From positions 1 through 64,000 of IMG/VR virus record IMGVR_UViG_3300037478_000708: a stretch of 64,000 nucleotides of DNA, one strand, 5' to 3'. The notes under the pieces were generated by a model. The model made no database searches. It was not told the origin of the DNA and saw only the letters and a list, made by a program, of their open reading frames with translations. The stretch's first letter is position 1; each line of letters starts with the position of its first letter. The translations under genes were made by a program, and so were the position numbers. Below, piece after piece: positions 31,101 to 39,867 of the stretch. This DNA comes from a virus.

Positions 31101-32090
31101 GGGCTCCGTAGGCTCGAGTCGGTCGAGGAGCAGTCCGGTGACTACCGCGCCACGATTCAGATGAACATCGAATGGGACGGCTCGCAGTACACCGTCGAGC
31201 TGCCCCAGAATCTCGGCCCCGCCGGCACGTGGCCGCAGAACGTGTGGGAGTTCGACACCTACGAGGAAGCGCTGGCGTTCGCCAAGCTCTACGAGCAGTA
31301 CGAGCGCTTCTACACGGTCGTCTGGAACCTCTCGCCCGAAGACACCGTGCGCTTCTCGCAGCCCGGCACCAAGCCGACGGCCTACGACGCGGAGTCGCGC
31401 GCATCCGTTCAGCTCAGCGAGGATGCGGTTCGCGTGCCTCCGATCGGGCCCGCGGAGGACAAGCGCTTGCGTTGGGCGAAGACGCAGTGGAAGGAGCGCA
31501 CGATCACCAAGGTCGGGCAGGAAGTGATCGCCTACGTGGGGCGCACCGCGATCGCGTCGGGGCTCTCGATGCGCGACCTCATCCTCAAGCTCAAGCTCTA
31601 CGGGTTGGAGCCGCGCACGTTCCGGCGCGTCGGTCGGTGGGAGTTCGACACCTACGAGTCGGTCGAGGAGGCCGACGCCTACGACAACGGCAGGGCGCCC
31701 AAAGGCGTCAAGCAGTTCACGAGCTTGAACGACGCGGCCGTGTACGACGACGCCTACAAGAAGGGCTCGACCGAGATCTGGTACGCGATCGACGCGGGCA
31801 TCGGTGCGCTGTACATGGGCCTGGACCATCTTCGCAAGTACGAGCCCCGTGCGATTCCGACCGCGGCGACCCTGGCGAAGACGCACGTGCGAGTGGGTAA
31901 GATCGCGGAGACTCGGCCCGAGCGGATCTTCGGCCTCATGCAAGGTGAGCGGTGGAGTCCGCAGGGAGAAGCGCGTACGCTGATCCGCAAGCTCGGACTG
32001 CGCCACACGTCGATGAACGTCGGCGACGTCATCAAGGTCGGGGGCAAGGTGCTGTTCGTGGACCGCGTGGGCTTCAAGAAGCTGGACTAG
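25146..32090 (+). CDS. Giant modular protein 1 (2314 aa), putative head-packaged polyprotein: ParB/Srx-like module, FTKHFHERVNDPRN module, P-loop kinase, Arg-rich core-like segment, SH3/KOW-like modules, YodL-like C-terminus
   Basis: DGHHRW (~25835); GGAGSGKS (27327-27350); HTSMNVGDVI..VDRVGFKKL; modules separated by ES[LV][DE]E / xDE linkers. Confidence 0.85.
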   Translation: MPATTFQRAVRNVRHVSEIDSGSPLSAVVGRALAALGGEEPEVVYEVDGGHVVQGDTQAVFLGDDGELAVTDMDLGESTDRYVDLLKQGFMRRALNPPKPKPKAEKKVRPIVACKDCQDWHREGKHTKSAAERKANRKAKNEAAVGVSELPAGLGVPRAQMPQIQSGLVPEFLAHLSENGVRVKRGQRKVGSLKPTQDGVTSVKAEALARTAPKDKLRLPVIVSSDGYILDGHHRWAALVSIGENERIQTYEVAVPMRKLLELARRFEKVGYKEHGEAIEDAEHVDEFLALGLPTKLLPLKGELARLVRSQRGPVSVEQARNYVATDPYVRFDPTEQEIVAALKALGGRLRGKAFVFENVPIEEEISRAQLASLERALDKIFAAAGIDVEFTKHFHERVNDPRNGKPITVEELAGIFREVWSKHRKTLESVDVDWRAIIHDTTSAINIPVVLDYDPRKGEVELVAKTVMRRKAFMAREPRLNVTSGVAERGEVDEAAERSKVPGLRFDVRKQWPGYAFKVVHVPSGLPIWGSDLTSVKLATWAGSNVVKDIRKVVKAANAHFARFDWDKPQGELDLVGAKRLAREFSLKFREEAVPQSISSVLVNEARNVDEAYAAFDHTHAPAGTSARENFPKFILTGLYDSPAVARQAGQYVRRVSVEPGVSSTREWNRMSDAQIKALYKKLGLSASGPTIGTTNTLPGQPVSEHELAVDEGVYDPFALKAVFMTGGAGSGKSFVSEKMFGGMGLKVVNSDAALERAMAKAGLDLKKDLGLEQVQREGGIRDQAKLLTSKKLDVYVKGRLGLIIDSTAATSAKVTRQVDRLRALGYDVCMVFVNTSLETALARNRARARVVPERIATADWRKIQENLKTYRTLFGPANFREVHNDEVLTPREVVSRLVPQLTRVAMSLLNRPVQNPIGKKWVADEIAAKNRQTARPGHAQRMLAASIEDEGEPLLAEALKKSKVVPGVAFETEKIGSYTYLTVRHIPSGKAIYSLTRGPIPGVRKTVAVVEKILKRMDWNVPEDQLDKKTAVRLAAEIGQKIPLDVYGNYEIRESALDEDIVLLLGGLGAVAFGGLLGALSVKAKRLVQEIRALHKRGQMSAAEQALSKMSASDREKINQLFARETRRLRNEDSFWLFPNGEHVPDRPDRVSDTRALERATQRVKKGDVNESMATDKRIAAMATRLLDRIDKLQAQYVKLEKDVRAEHEKRAKQVEAIRNAHGGVGVPDLPAAEKAKVDALWAEHDHKRAETWWDKKGDPIVQRLARLLEMATAPTFSSRWSSIYQHYFVVGGVGKLDTKQIRTDLRTLHLRPFSNEFYERVVRGRAKVGVATLAVGDHFAIDRGLETGYYVVQAITPKRTQVTARNLDTNEQIKVRGKEEVIPLSQHEATQGVRIHKAYTKRLAQIAESLDEDNMDEIWVTLSREEAAEEAELDLVEHECIVMDELAETIEYGLSLLDVDQLNTFFGLKAEEFETAVEEGDFERAELIALGLLEGLPLDEYRRMTLGSRMRRLRARRIGVTKAVRSGQTTRAELRRENRKRRMKRRRSPTMKMRAKRYLRKTRMRQARRRPLSIAKESLDEYGRRRSSGGDPRWIKAKYAGTDAKGQPFKKGEEVLYYPHGKKIYAGENAKSAWRDFLSMRGDEEGTPYAESLDEGPFDASFMLEDLNEDYEVPSDYVLTRVTSHRHRDQLRSAFGDDAISVMAWKPGQNFIVDGVEAFVVPKARFDEEVSNIGYGPGKRYTPLKRKPALMRGKYRIGVWMGTNTYRDNQWLKSRGFRRLELDESLAPIPGDQYRYNQAVKSLHKRRPTNLSHEESVRILAWDHGKGRAFIVDLLTKRAGYSEAAANALIDKVTKGDIDESYGVPSEAVDEVAPPGFEGAVKAMKKSGDVDNPYALAWWMKKRGMKSHKKESVEEASPHEAIKVGDQVVTKEGVDPSGLIGKVTKLEGNRAVVQWGRGRSSPSLHALRDLLSATKKDRSSTRGLRRLESVEEQSGDYRATIQMNIEWDGSQYTVELPQNLGPAGTWPQNVWEFDTYEEALAFAKLYEQYERFYTVVWNLSPEDTVRFSQPGTKPTAYDAESRASVQLSEDAVRVPPIGPAEDKRLRWAKTQWKERTITKVGQEVIAYVGRTAIASGLSMRDLILKLKLYGLEPRTFRRVGRWEFDTYESVEEADAYDNGRAPKGVKQFTSLNDAAVYDDAYKKGSTEIWYAIDAGIGALYMGLDHLRKYEPRAIPTAATLAKTHVRVGKIAETRPERIFGLMQGERWSPQGEARTLIRKLGLRHTSMNVGDVIKVGGKVLFVDRVGFKKLD

Positions 32091-32092
32091 AG

Positions 32093-35000
32093 ATGCCGAA
32101 GAACATCCAAGGGCTGACGGGCGAGATCGTGACGTACATGATGCGGGGGCGCCGCACGCCGTCGGATCTCCGGACGCACTTTCGCCTGTCCGTCAAGACG
32201 GCGCAGCACGTCTACGACCTCGAGCCCGACGCCTTCGGCCCCTCCGGTAGGGGCCGGCAGTGGTACCACACGCAGGTCGGGGCGCTCCTCAAAGCCCCGG
32301 ACGCGTTCGAGGCGGAGATCCCTGCGACCCCGCACCGGTCCAGCCTGAACGAGGTCGCCGCCGGGGCGCTGCGCGCTTCCGTGAGCCCGCTGGCCGAGCA
32401 CGAGCTGTCCGAAGGCATCGCGGACACGCATCAGGTCAAGATCGCCACGCGCACGCTGCAGCTCTCGGCGATGGGCGCGAAGATCATGGGTGGCATGGAC
32501 CACGCGGGCGCGGTCAAGGTGCTCCGCGCGAACGGCTGGCCGGACACGAAGATCAAGGCCGCCCTCAAGAAGCACGGCCACGCGGACCCCGACGTCAAGA
32601 AGTGGCTCGGCGAGTCCAGTGACACGCTGTCACTGGACGAGGCCCGTCCGGAGCCGATCAAGGTCCCCGAGACGGTCTACAAGGAGAAGCTCGCCAAGCT
32701 GTCGTCGAAGGACAAGGAAGCGCTGCGCAACGTGACGATGGCGTCGCGTGGAGACCACCGGCTGTTCAAGCCGCTGGACGCGGACGGCGCCGCACTCATC
32801 AAGCGGCTGTTCGGCGAGGTGACCGAGACGCACGTCGGACGCGGGCCGCAGAAGCGGGAGAGCGCCGCGGAGGGTGCCGGTGTAGGAAGTCCGTCGCGCA
32901 CCGGCTCGCACGCGATCGTCGAGGGTGTGCTGCGTGTGAACGACCGCATTCGCGAGCGCGAACTGCTCGGGGAAGCCGGCGGCGCGGGTCAGGAGGCCCC
33001 GAAGGATCCGAAGTGGGGCACGCCCTACGGCTTGCCGATGCTCCACCCGAGCGGGACGGCGATTCGCATGCGCCGCAAGGGGCAGCGCGTTCGTTTCTTC
33101 GACCTGAATGGCAAGCAGGTCGGCCCCGAGCACGCCAACGTTGCGCCGGCCGTCGCGTGGGCGATGAGCAAGGGTTTCGTCACGGAGAGCGTCGACGAGG
33201 CCGGCAAGCCGCTCAAGGTGAAGTGCGGGCAGTGCGGCAACGTCTTCGCGACCAACAAGGACTACCCCAAGTGTCCGAAGTGCGGCAGCAAGGACGTCGA
33301 CCTGCCGGAGTCGGTCGACGAAGCCGCGAGCAAGACGGTGCTCGGCAAGTACAAGCAGAAGACCGTCACGCTGCGCGACTACGGCGATGGAGACGTGGAC
33401 ATCCTCGTCGGGTCGCTGGCCGTGCCTCTGGACACTGCGAAGAAGAAGGGGATCGCGCCTCCGAAGAATCCGCGTGACCTCGCTCAGGTGAGCGCGTTCT
33501 TGGACAAGGCGCTCCCGATCCTGTTCCCGGCGAAGGCGGGGTTCTCGATCGAGTCCGTGGACGAGGCGTCCGGGACCACCGTTCGCGCGGCGGTGCGGCT
33601 CGACTGGTTGAAGGGCGCGACTGCGGGCGTCACGCCGGACGAGAAGGTCGTGGTCTTCCGCTCGTCCGACTACGACAACAAGGGAACCGTCAGCGGTTCC
33701 TACGCCGTTCTCGGGCGCTCTTCGCAGCGCGACCTGTTCTCGTCGCTTCACCTCGAGTGGAACTCCGGCTTCACCCTCGACCGGGGGCAGCACGCGCAGA
33801 ACCGCAAGCGGGCGGAGCAGGCGTTCAAGAAGCTGCCGACCAGCGAAGCCAACGACGACAAGACCGACGACCTGCCCGCGAAGGCCGAAGCCGACCTCAA
33901 GGCCAAGGCGAAGGAGATGGGCGCGATCAAGGTCTCCGGCAAGGGCCCGAGCGTGAACGCGACGTTCGACGACAAGAAGAAGGCGCAGGCGTTCCTCGCG
34001 CACGCCGAGAAGGTCGGCAAGGCCGCGATGCGCCGCTCGGGCGACGAGGAGTACACGGTTCACATCGACGAGTCGGTCGAGCGGTACGCGGGCGCGAAGA
34101 TGGTGGGCGGTTCCGGGGCGGTACCGTTCAGCGCGCTCAAGGTGGGCGCTCAGTTCCGCTTCCCGAAGTCCGACGAGATCAACACGAAGACCTCGGAGGC
34201 GGGCAGCTACAAGACGGCGAACGGACGCAAGTTCAAGACGGGCAAGCACGCGGCGGTCATCCCCGCGAAGTCGGACGAGTCGCTCGACGAAGCCGCCGGA
34301 ACGATCGTGCGGACCTTCTCCTCGGGGTACGTGGCGCTCCGCCTGCCCAGCGGCATCACCGTGCTCGCGCGGGACACGGGGGATGGTGAGCCCATCGCGC
34401 ACGCGAACGTGGCGCAGGCCAAGAAGGGTCTCGCCCGGTTCCTGAGCGCGAACCCCTCGGTGAACGCTCGCGTGCGCGACGCGAAGCGGCCGTTCTACAT
34501 CCTCGTCGAGGACGTCAGCGAGAGCCTCGACGAAGCCGCTCCCAAGAAGAGCAAGGGCCACATCGCGTTCCTCGGCGACTTCGAGTACCTCATCGTCGGT
34601 ACCGACCTCGCACGCGCTCCGATCAGCAACGTCATGGACGTGCGCACGGGGAACCGCCTCGCGCGCTTCGAGGCGACCAAGGCGGCGGCCGACACCGCGA
34701 TGAAGATCGCGTTCCAGGCGTTCGGCAAGCCGGTCGACCCGAAGGCGATGCAGCGCATGCGCAAGCTCCTCGGAGAGAGCCTCGAGGAAGACATCGACGA
34801 GGATGTGCGTCCCGGGCAGATGTTCGTCGTCGTCGACGTGTCGGTGCGCGGCGGGAAGATGATCGGCGAGATCTACACCGGTGCGGCGAGGGCCGACGCG
34901 GCGGCGAGCAAGCTGAAGGCGCGTGGGCAAAACGTGCAGGTCATCGACGCGCTCTGGTACGAGCCCGCCCGTCAGAAGCTCATCAAGTCGGGGCTCGTCG

Positions 35001-38000
35001 GGGAGGACGCGGAGCCCCGCGTGCTCGCACTTGGGGACGGTCGCTATGCCGTCGATCTGGGCGAAGGCGAGGCGCTGGTCAAGATCGTGGACACGCTCGA
35101 GGAAGCGATCGACGAAGCCGGTCGTCTCGCGGTCAAGTGCATGGAGTGCGGAAAGAAGTTCAAGACCGCTTCCATGCTCCCCGACTGCCCGAAGTGCGGC
35201 GGTTCGGACATCGAGCCCGACTACGACGCGCCCTCCGCGAAGAAGAGCTACGCGGCCGGCAGGACGCGCAAGCGTTCCGTCGGACACGAGTCGATCATCG
35301 AAGGCGCCGTGCCGAAGGTGGGCGATCGCGTCGCGCTTTCTCGCGACCACCTCCGCGGCACCGGCAACCAGACGGGTACCCTGCCGCAGTTGCGGGGAAC
35401 CGTGACCGCGGTCAGCGGTGCGGGCATCGCGACCGTCGACTGGGGTCGCGGGGTGAAGTCCCCGCGCGTGAACGTGAAGAACCTCGTCGTGCTCGGCAAG
35501 GGCGACAGTCTCCCCGTGGAGTCCGCCGACGAGGGGCTCGCGCCGCTCGAGGTCACCGTCACGGACGTCTTCGACAACGGCGCGTGGTGTCACCCGCGCT
35601 ACACGGTCAACGTTCGCACGAACAACAACGAGGACTACACGTTCGGCATGTTCGAGCCCGGCACGGAGCCCGCGGCGCTCCAGACCGTCGAGGACTTCCC
35701 GAACTTCACGAACTTCATCAAGGGCGCCGCTCGCCCCGGCGAGTACATGGAGCGCGTCGAAGTCGCCGCTCTGCCCGACGTGCTGCGCACCCAGCTCCAG
35801 ACGCTTCTCGCGCGGGCCGACACCTACGACCGCACGATGGAGTTCGATGAGGCCGCCGACGAGTCGGCGATCCGCAGCTTCGACGTCATGGCGCAGATGC
35901 GCTGGGAAGAGACGCTCAAGCCCGGCGCGAAGGTGATGGTCTACTGGACCGCGGGCAGCTTCGGGCACTACCAGGGGAAGGCCACGGTCAAGTCGCTGAA
36001 CAAGTCGAGCGTGACTGTTACGCTCGACCACGATGTTCCCGATCGGAGCCGTCTCGGTGGCGCCGGTTACGCGAAGGGCAAGAAGATCAACGTGCCGCGC
36101 GTCATGGCGAACTACGGCCGCAACACGTGGTCGATGGGCTTCAACGCGGTGCACCCGCTCGGCGGGCCGCAGGCGTTCATGGAGGGCGCGGTCGACGAGT
36201 TCACGAGCGCGGCCGTGCCTTCCGTCGGCAACCTGCATCCCTGGGCGCATCCCTACGGCAGCGAGGTCGAGTTGATGGACGAGCCCGACGAACTGGACGA
36301 CGAACAGCTCGACGCGCGCGGCAACATCGAGCCGATCGACGAGGCGATTCAGCCGACGGTTGCGGGCTTCCGGATGTTCGTGGTCGGTGCGCTGACGCAG
36401 TGGGACAAGCAGCAGGAGGTGCGCGCGTCGAAGAAGCCCGGCGGCAGTCACAGCCCCTACGCGCTGTCGCTCTACCTCGAGGCGCTCCACCGCGGGGAGA
36501 AGAGCAGCACCATGCGCGGGGTGAAGCCCGACTCGATGGATCCCGAAGATCTGCGCAAGTTCGCCAAGATGCTCGGCGAGCAGTTCTTCTCCGACATGCC
36601 CCCGATCCGGAAGACGCTCAAGGCGATCGACGCGTACCTCGCGTCGGGCAAGGCGCCGAAGTACCCCGGCTCGAGCAGCCGCTCACTTCGGAGCGAATCC
36701 CGCGATGAGACTGCACGTCTCGCCAAGGGGCTCGTCTACACCGCGGTCGCCGCGGCGGAGGACGGCCGGCTGACGGAAGCCGTCGCCAAGCTCCGGGCCG
36801 CGGGCGAGACGCTCGACGAAGACGCCCTCGAGGGCCTGCTTCCCGAAGACGTCGTGGAAGCGCTCAACGAGTGGGCAGACGAGAACGACGTCGACGACGC
36901 GATCGTCGAAGGCTACGCGGTCGCGCTTCGGCTCGGCCTGGACGACCACGTGTACGGCCTCGACGAAGCCACCTCGGCGGCGAAGCTGCTCGACACGGCC
37001 GACAGCAAGCTCATCTCCGAGCTGCGCAAGGGACTCGTCAAGGTCGGCGCCGCCGCCAAGGAAGCGAAGCGCGGTCAGGCCGAGATGGAGAAGCGTCTCG
37101 GTGTGGGCAAGAGCACGGCCAAGGATCAGCTCAAGATCGTGGTCAAGGAACTGGAGGCGTACCGCACCCTGCTCGATCAGATCATCAAGCAGGCACAGGT
37201 GGCCGAGAGCGTCGACGAAGACCTCGCCGAAGCCGGGTCGCTGCACGACGCGCTCCTGAACCACTTCGTCCGCAACCGCGGGCGCTCCTACACGGCGAGC
37301 GAGATCGCGCGGCTCTTCTCCGCGTCCACCGCGGAGTCGATGAAGACGCTCTCCTCGCTCGTCAACGAGGGCACGCTCATGTTCCGGCGCGGCGAGGGCT
37401 ACTCCCTGCGCGGCAATTCGAGCGCGCTGCGCATCCCCGCCAGCCTGCACGGTTCTCGCGTGGGCAACTTCGTGAACCAACGCACGGAGGAGGCGGAGTT
37501 GGACGAGGTGCGCAACTCCGGTCGCCCGACGAACTGGCGGGGCAGCGGCGAGGCGGGTCGAGACGCTCTCCAGGCCCGCGGTTCGGCGAAGACCAAGGCC
37601 CGCTTTCAGGTCACGCAGCTCGTGGCCAAGAGCGGCACGACGCCCGCGGTGCTCGCCGACGTGTCGAAGCTCTCCACGTCGATGCCGGCGCTCAAGTACC
37701 GGGGCAAACCGGGCGAGAGCTACGACATCGTGTACAAGGGCCGGGTCATCGGCACGCTGCGCTCGTCAGGGAGCGGCTCGCTGCCCTGGACGGTCAAGCG
37801 CAAGGACGGCACCAAGCTCTCCGACGTCGGCTTCGGCTCCGTGCACCACGCCGTCACGCGCGCCCTGGCCGACGCTCTCGGCGACGCCTGGGGCAACGCG
37901 GAAGAGTCCGCGGATGGCCTTGGTGAAGGACTGGGGCGCAAGGTCTTCTACACCCGGGATGGCGTCGGTTCGTCGAAGTACACCGTCAACTACCACGATG

Positions 38001-39811
38001 GGAAGACCACGCATTCGGACGGCAGCCCGTTCTACGGGATCTTCGTTTTCCCGAACAAGGCGAAGCGCGACCAGAAGATCCGTGAGCTTTTGAAGCAGGG
38101 CTACGAAGAGGTCAGCTCTGCGGTTCACGAGACCACGACCTCCGGCACGGTCGGCGGCTACCGCCGCGGCAAGCTCGAGCAGCCCGAGAACAAGGGCCGC
38201 ACGGGCGGCATCCGCGACGACGGCCCCGGCAAGAAGGGACCGCGTTCGGTGTGGTCGCCCGACGCCATCGCCAAGGTGCTCGAGCAGATGCGCGAGGCTC
38301 TGCCCGGCCACTCCGACGAAGAGCTGCTCGAGCTGCTCGACGAGGCCCCCGAGGAAGGCGCCCGGAAGGACGTCACCGTCTTCGGGGACGGCAAGGGCAA
38401 GTGGTTCGTGGCGGATCCCTTCGGCAAGCAGGAGCGCTACGCCACGAAGACAGAGGCCGTCCAGGCTGGTCGGGATCTCGCGCAGCACGAGAACTGGGGC
38501 TTCGTGGTCAGCGACCCCGACGTCACCCTCGCGAGCGAGTCGATCGACGAGGCTCCCGAAGACCTCCGCGAGATCGATCCCGTCGACACCATCCAGCGGG
38601 GAGACAAGGTGACGATCCTGATCCCGGCCGGGCTCGGCAGGCAGGGGCAGGAGTGGAAGCCCAAGGCGGGCAAGGCCGTCATGCGCGGTCCGCACGGGTG
38701 GGTCCTCAACATGGGCGGTGCCCACGGAACGCCCGGCGTCGCCTCCTCGCGCAACATCGTGAAGGTGCAGCGCGGCGGGAAGACGCTCTACCACAACCCC
38801 CGTCCGGATGTGCTCGGCGAGTCCGTGGACGAGGCGGGTGCGGACAACCGGCGTCCGGTGAAGCTCGGGCCGATCGAGAAAGAGCTGCTCATGCAGCTCC
38901 GCGAAGAGCGCGGCAAGCACGGCATCGAAGAGCTGATCGCCGCGAGCCCGATGCTCAAGAAGCTCCCGTATCAGGACGTGCTCGTCGCCGCGCAGAATCT
39001 CGCGACGCTCGGTCTCATCGGCGGCAACGGCCGCGGGATCGTCCTGCCCTTCGGCGAGTCCGAAGACGCGGGTCTCGACGAGGCGTCCGTGCCGGTCAAG
39101 GGTCACGACACGGTGACGGAGGTCGGCTTCGCCCGCGGCACGTACTACTACGTCTCCAAGAGCGGTCTCAAGAACTCGGTCGCGGTCAAGCGCAAGGACC
39201 GTGCATCCGCCCGCGAGCGGTTCCGGCAGATGCTCCGCAACGAGGCGAACGTCAAGGACGCCGACGCGCTCATCAAGCAGATCGACGCCAAGCTCGGCGA
39301 GTCCCGCCAGTGGGCGCGCTACGAGGTGCAGCTCGACGAAGAGTTCTTCGATCGCTACGACGCGCTTGGCATCGAGCGGCCCGATCCGAAGACGATGTGC
39401 CACGGTCAGTGCGAAGGCACCGGCTGGGTGCCGATCGGGCCTCCCGAAGGCCGCGTGCCGGAAGGCCGTCTGTTCTGCCCCGCCGACAACGAGGAGCCGT
39501 GGCGTACGCTCTGGCTCGAGGCGGAAGAGAAGGATCCGACCGACGATGGGTACCACATCGTCAAGTGCCCCGACTGCGAGGGCACGGGCAAAGATCAGGG
39601 CGACGCCTCTCACGGCGAGCGCCGCCGAGCGCAGAAGACGGAACGCACCACGATCGAGTTCCCCGAGTCCGCCCTGGAGACGTACGTACTCGCCGCGCAG
39701 GCCGCGGGGCTCGCGGAGGACGATCCGTGCTTCGTCTTCGAGGACGGCCGCTTCACCGCGGAGCTGCCCGCCGACGTGGCCCCGCGCATCATGGAACTCG
39801 TCGCTCAGTGA
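32093..39811 (+). CDS. Giant modular protein 2 (~2572 aa), putative head-packaged polyprotein: two Zn ribbons, SH3/KOW-like modules, winged helix, DUF2188-like module, C-terminal CxxxC/CxxC module
   Basis: ATG 2 nt after the stop of ORF1; at least 9 exact ES[VLI][DE]E linkers plus many variants. Confidence 0.85.
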   Translation: MPKNIQGLTGEIVTYMMRGRRTPSDLRTHFRLSVKTAQHVYDLEPDAFGPSGRGRQWYHTQVGALLKAPDAFEAEIPATPHRSSLNEVAAGALRASVSPLAEHELSEGIADTHQVKIATRTLQLSAMGAKIMGGMDHAGAVKVLRANGWPDTKIKAALKKHGHADPDVKKWLGESSDTLSLDEARPEPIKVPETVYKEKLAKLSSKDKEALRNVTMASRGDHRLFKPLDADGAALIKRLFGEVTETHVGRGPQKRESAAEGAGVGSPSRTGSHAIVEGVLRVNDRIRERELLGEAGGAGQEAPKDPKWGTPYGLPMLHPSGTAIRMRRKGQRVRFFDLNGKQVGPEHANVAPAVAWAMSKGFVTESVDEAGKPLKVKCGQCGNVFATNKDYPKCPKCGSKDVDLPESVDEAASKTVLGKYKQKTVTLRDYGDGDVDILVGSLAVPLDTAKKKGIAPPKNPRDLAQVSAFLDKALPILFPAKAGFSIESVDEASGTTVRAAVRLDWLKGATAGVTPDEKVVVFRSSDYDNKGTVSGSYAVLGRSSQRDLFSSLHLEWNSGFTLDRGQHAQNRKRAEQAFKKLPTSEANDDKTDDLPAKAEADLKAKAKEMGAIKVSGKGPSVNATFDDKKKAQAFLAHAEKVGKAAMRRSGDEEYTVHIDESVERYAGAKMVGGSGAVPFSALKVGAQFRFPKSDEINTKTSEAGSYKTANGRKFKTGKHAAVIPAKSDESLDEAAGTIVRTFSSGYVALRLPSGITVLARDTGDGEPIAHANVAQAKKGLARFLSANPSVNARVRDAKRPFYILVEDVSESLDEAAPKKSKGHIAFLGDFEYLIVGTDLARAPISNVMDVRTGNRLARFEATKAAADTAMKIAFQAFGKPVDPKAMQRMRKLLGESLEEDIDEDVRPGQMFVVVDVSVRGGKMIGEIYTGAARADAAASKLKARGQNVQVIDALWYEPARQKLIKSGLVGEDAEPRVLALGDGRYAVDLGEGEALVKIVDTLEEAIDEAGRLAVKCMECGKKFKTASMLPDCPKCGGSDIEPDYDAPSAKKSYAAGRTRKRSVGHESIIEGAVPKVGDRVALSRDHLRGTGNQTGTLPQLRGTVTAVSGAGIATVDWGRGVKSPRVNVKNLVVLGKGDSLPVESADEGLAPLEVTVTDVFDNGAWCHPRYTVNVRTNNNEDYTFGMFEPGTEPAALQTVEDFPNFTNFIKGAARPGEYMERVEVAALPDVLRTQLQTLLARADTYDRTMEFDEAADESAIRSFDVMAQMRWEETLKPGAKVMVYWTAGSFGHYQGKATVKSLNKSSVTVTLDHDVPDRSRLGGAGYAKGKKINVPRVMANYGRNTWSMGFNAVHPLGGPQAFMEGAVDEFTSAAVPSVGNLHPWAHPYGSEVELMDEPDELDDEQLDARGNIEPIDEAIQPTVAGFRMFVVGALTQWDKQQEVRASKKPGGSHSPYALSLYLEALHRGEKSSTMRGVKPDSMDPEDLRKFAKMLGEQFFSDMPPIRKTLKAIDAYLASGKAPKYPGSSSRSLRSESRDETARLAKGLVYTAVAAAEDGRLTEAVAKLRAAGETLDEDALEGLLPEDVVEALNEWADENDVDDAIVEGYAVALRLGLDDHVYGLDEATSAAKLLDTADSKLISELRKGLVKVGAAAKEAKRGQAEMEKRLGVGKSTAKDQLKIVVKELEAYRTLLDQIIKQAQVAESVDEDLAEAGSLHDALLNHFVRNRGRSYTASEIARLFSASTAESMKTLSSLVNEGTLMFRRGEGYSLRGNSSALRIPASLHGSRVGNFVNQRTEEAELDEVRNSGRPTNWRGSGEAGRDALQARGSAKTKARFQVTQLVAKSGTTPAVLADVSKLSTSMPALKYRGKPGESYDIVYKGRVIGTLRSSGSGSLPWTVKRKDGTKLSDVGFGSVHHAVTRALADALGDAWGNAEESADGLGEGLGRKVFYTRDGVGSSKYTVNYHDGKTTHSDGSPFYGIFVFPNKAKRDQKIRELLKQGYEEVSSAVHETTTSGTVGGYRRGKLEQPENKGRTGGIRDDGPGKKGPRSVWSPDAIAKVLEQMREALPGHSDEELLELLDEAPEEGARKDVTVFGDGKGKWFVADPFGKQERYATKTEAVQAGRDLAQHENWGFVVSDPDVTLASESIDEAPEDLREIDPVDTIQRGDKVTILIPAGLGRQGQEWKPKAGKAVMRGPHGWVLNMGGAHGTPGVASSRNIVKVQRGGKTLYHNPRPDVLGESVDEAGADNRRPVKLGPIEKELLMQLREERGKHGIEELIAASPMLKKLPYQDVLVAAQNLATLGLIGGNGRGIVLPFGESEDAGLDEASVPVKGHDTVTEVGFARGTYYYVSKSGLKNSVAVKRKDRASARERFRQMLRNEANVKDADALIKQIDAKLGESRQWARYEVQLDEEFFDRYDALGIERPDPKTMCHGQCEGTGWVPIGPPEGRVPEGRLFCPADNEEPWRTLWLEAEEKDPTDDGYHIVKCPDCEGTGKDQGDASHGERRRAQKTERTTIEFPESALETYVLAAQAAGLAEDDPCFVFEDGRFTAELPADVAPRIMELVAQ
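32614..32638. repeat. Dispersed palindrome copy 5, in frame inside a polyprotein linker (ES-SDTLS-LDE)
   Basis: GTCCAGTGACA-CGC-TGTCACTGGAC. Confidence 0.95.
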
Positions 39812-39825
39812 CACGCTGTCACCGG
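39806..39825. repeat. Dispersed palindrome copy 6; supplies the TGA stop of giant ORF2
   Basis: CAGTGACA-CGC-TGTCACCGG. Confidence 0.9.
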
Positions 39826-39835
39826 TTGACCCGGG

Positions 39836-39867
39836 TGTAGACAGGTGCCCACGCAGGTCTTTACTAT
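39836..39867 (+). promoter_or_regulatory. Putative promoter TGTAGACA-N18-TACTAT
   Basis: Recurrent motif upstream of AGGAG RBS and ATG 39911. Confidence 0.6.

Noticed and set aside
31952-32092. ORF-track start of giant ORF2 at 31952 (likewise upstream starts at 54164, 20839, 41956, 45041)
   Set aside because: These extensions overlap upstream genes and have non-native composition; downstream ATG/GTG starts fit better.
32070-32100. Readthrough or frameshift fusing the two giant ORFs
   Set aside because: The ORFs are in different frames (TAG-AG-ATG) and no slippery heptamer or stem is evident; translational coupling is the simpler explanation.
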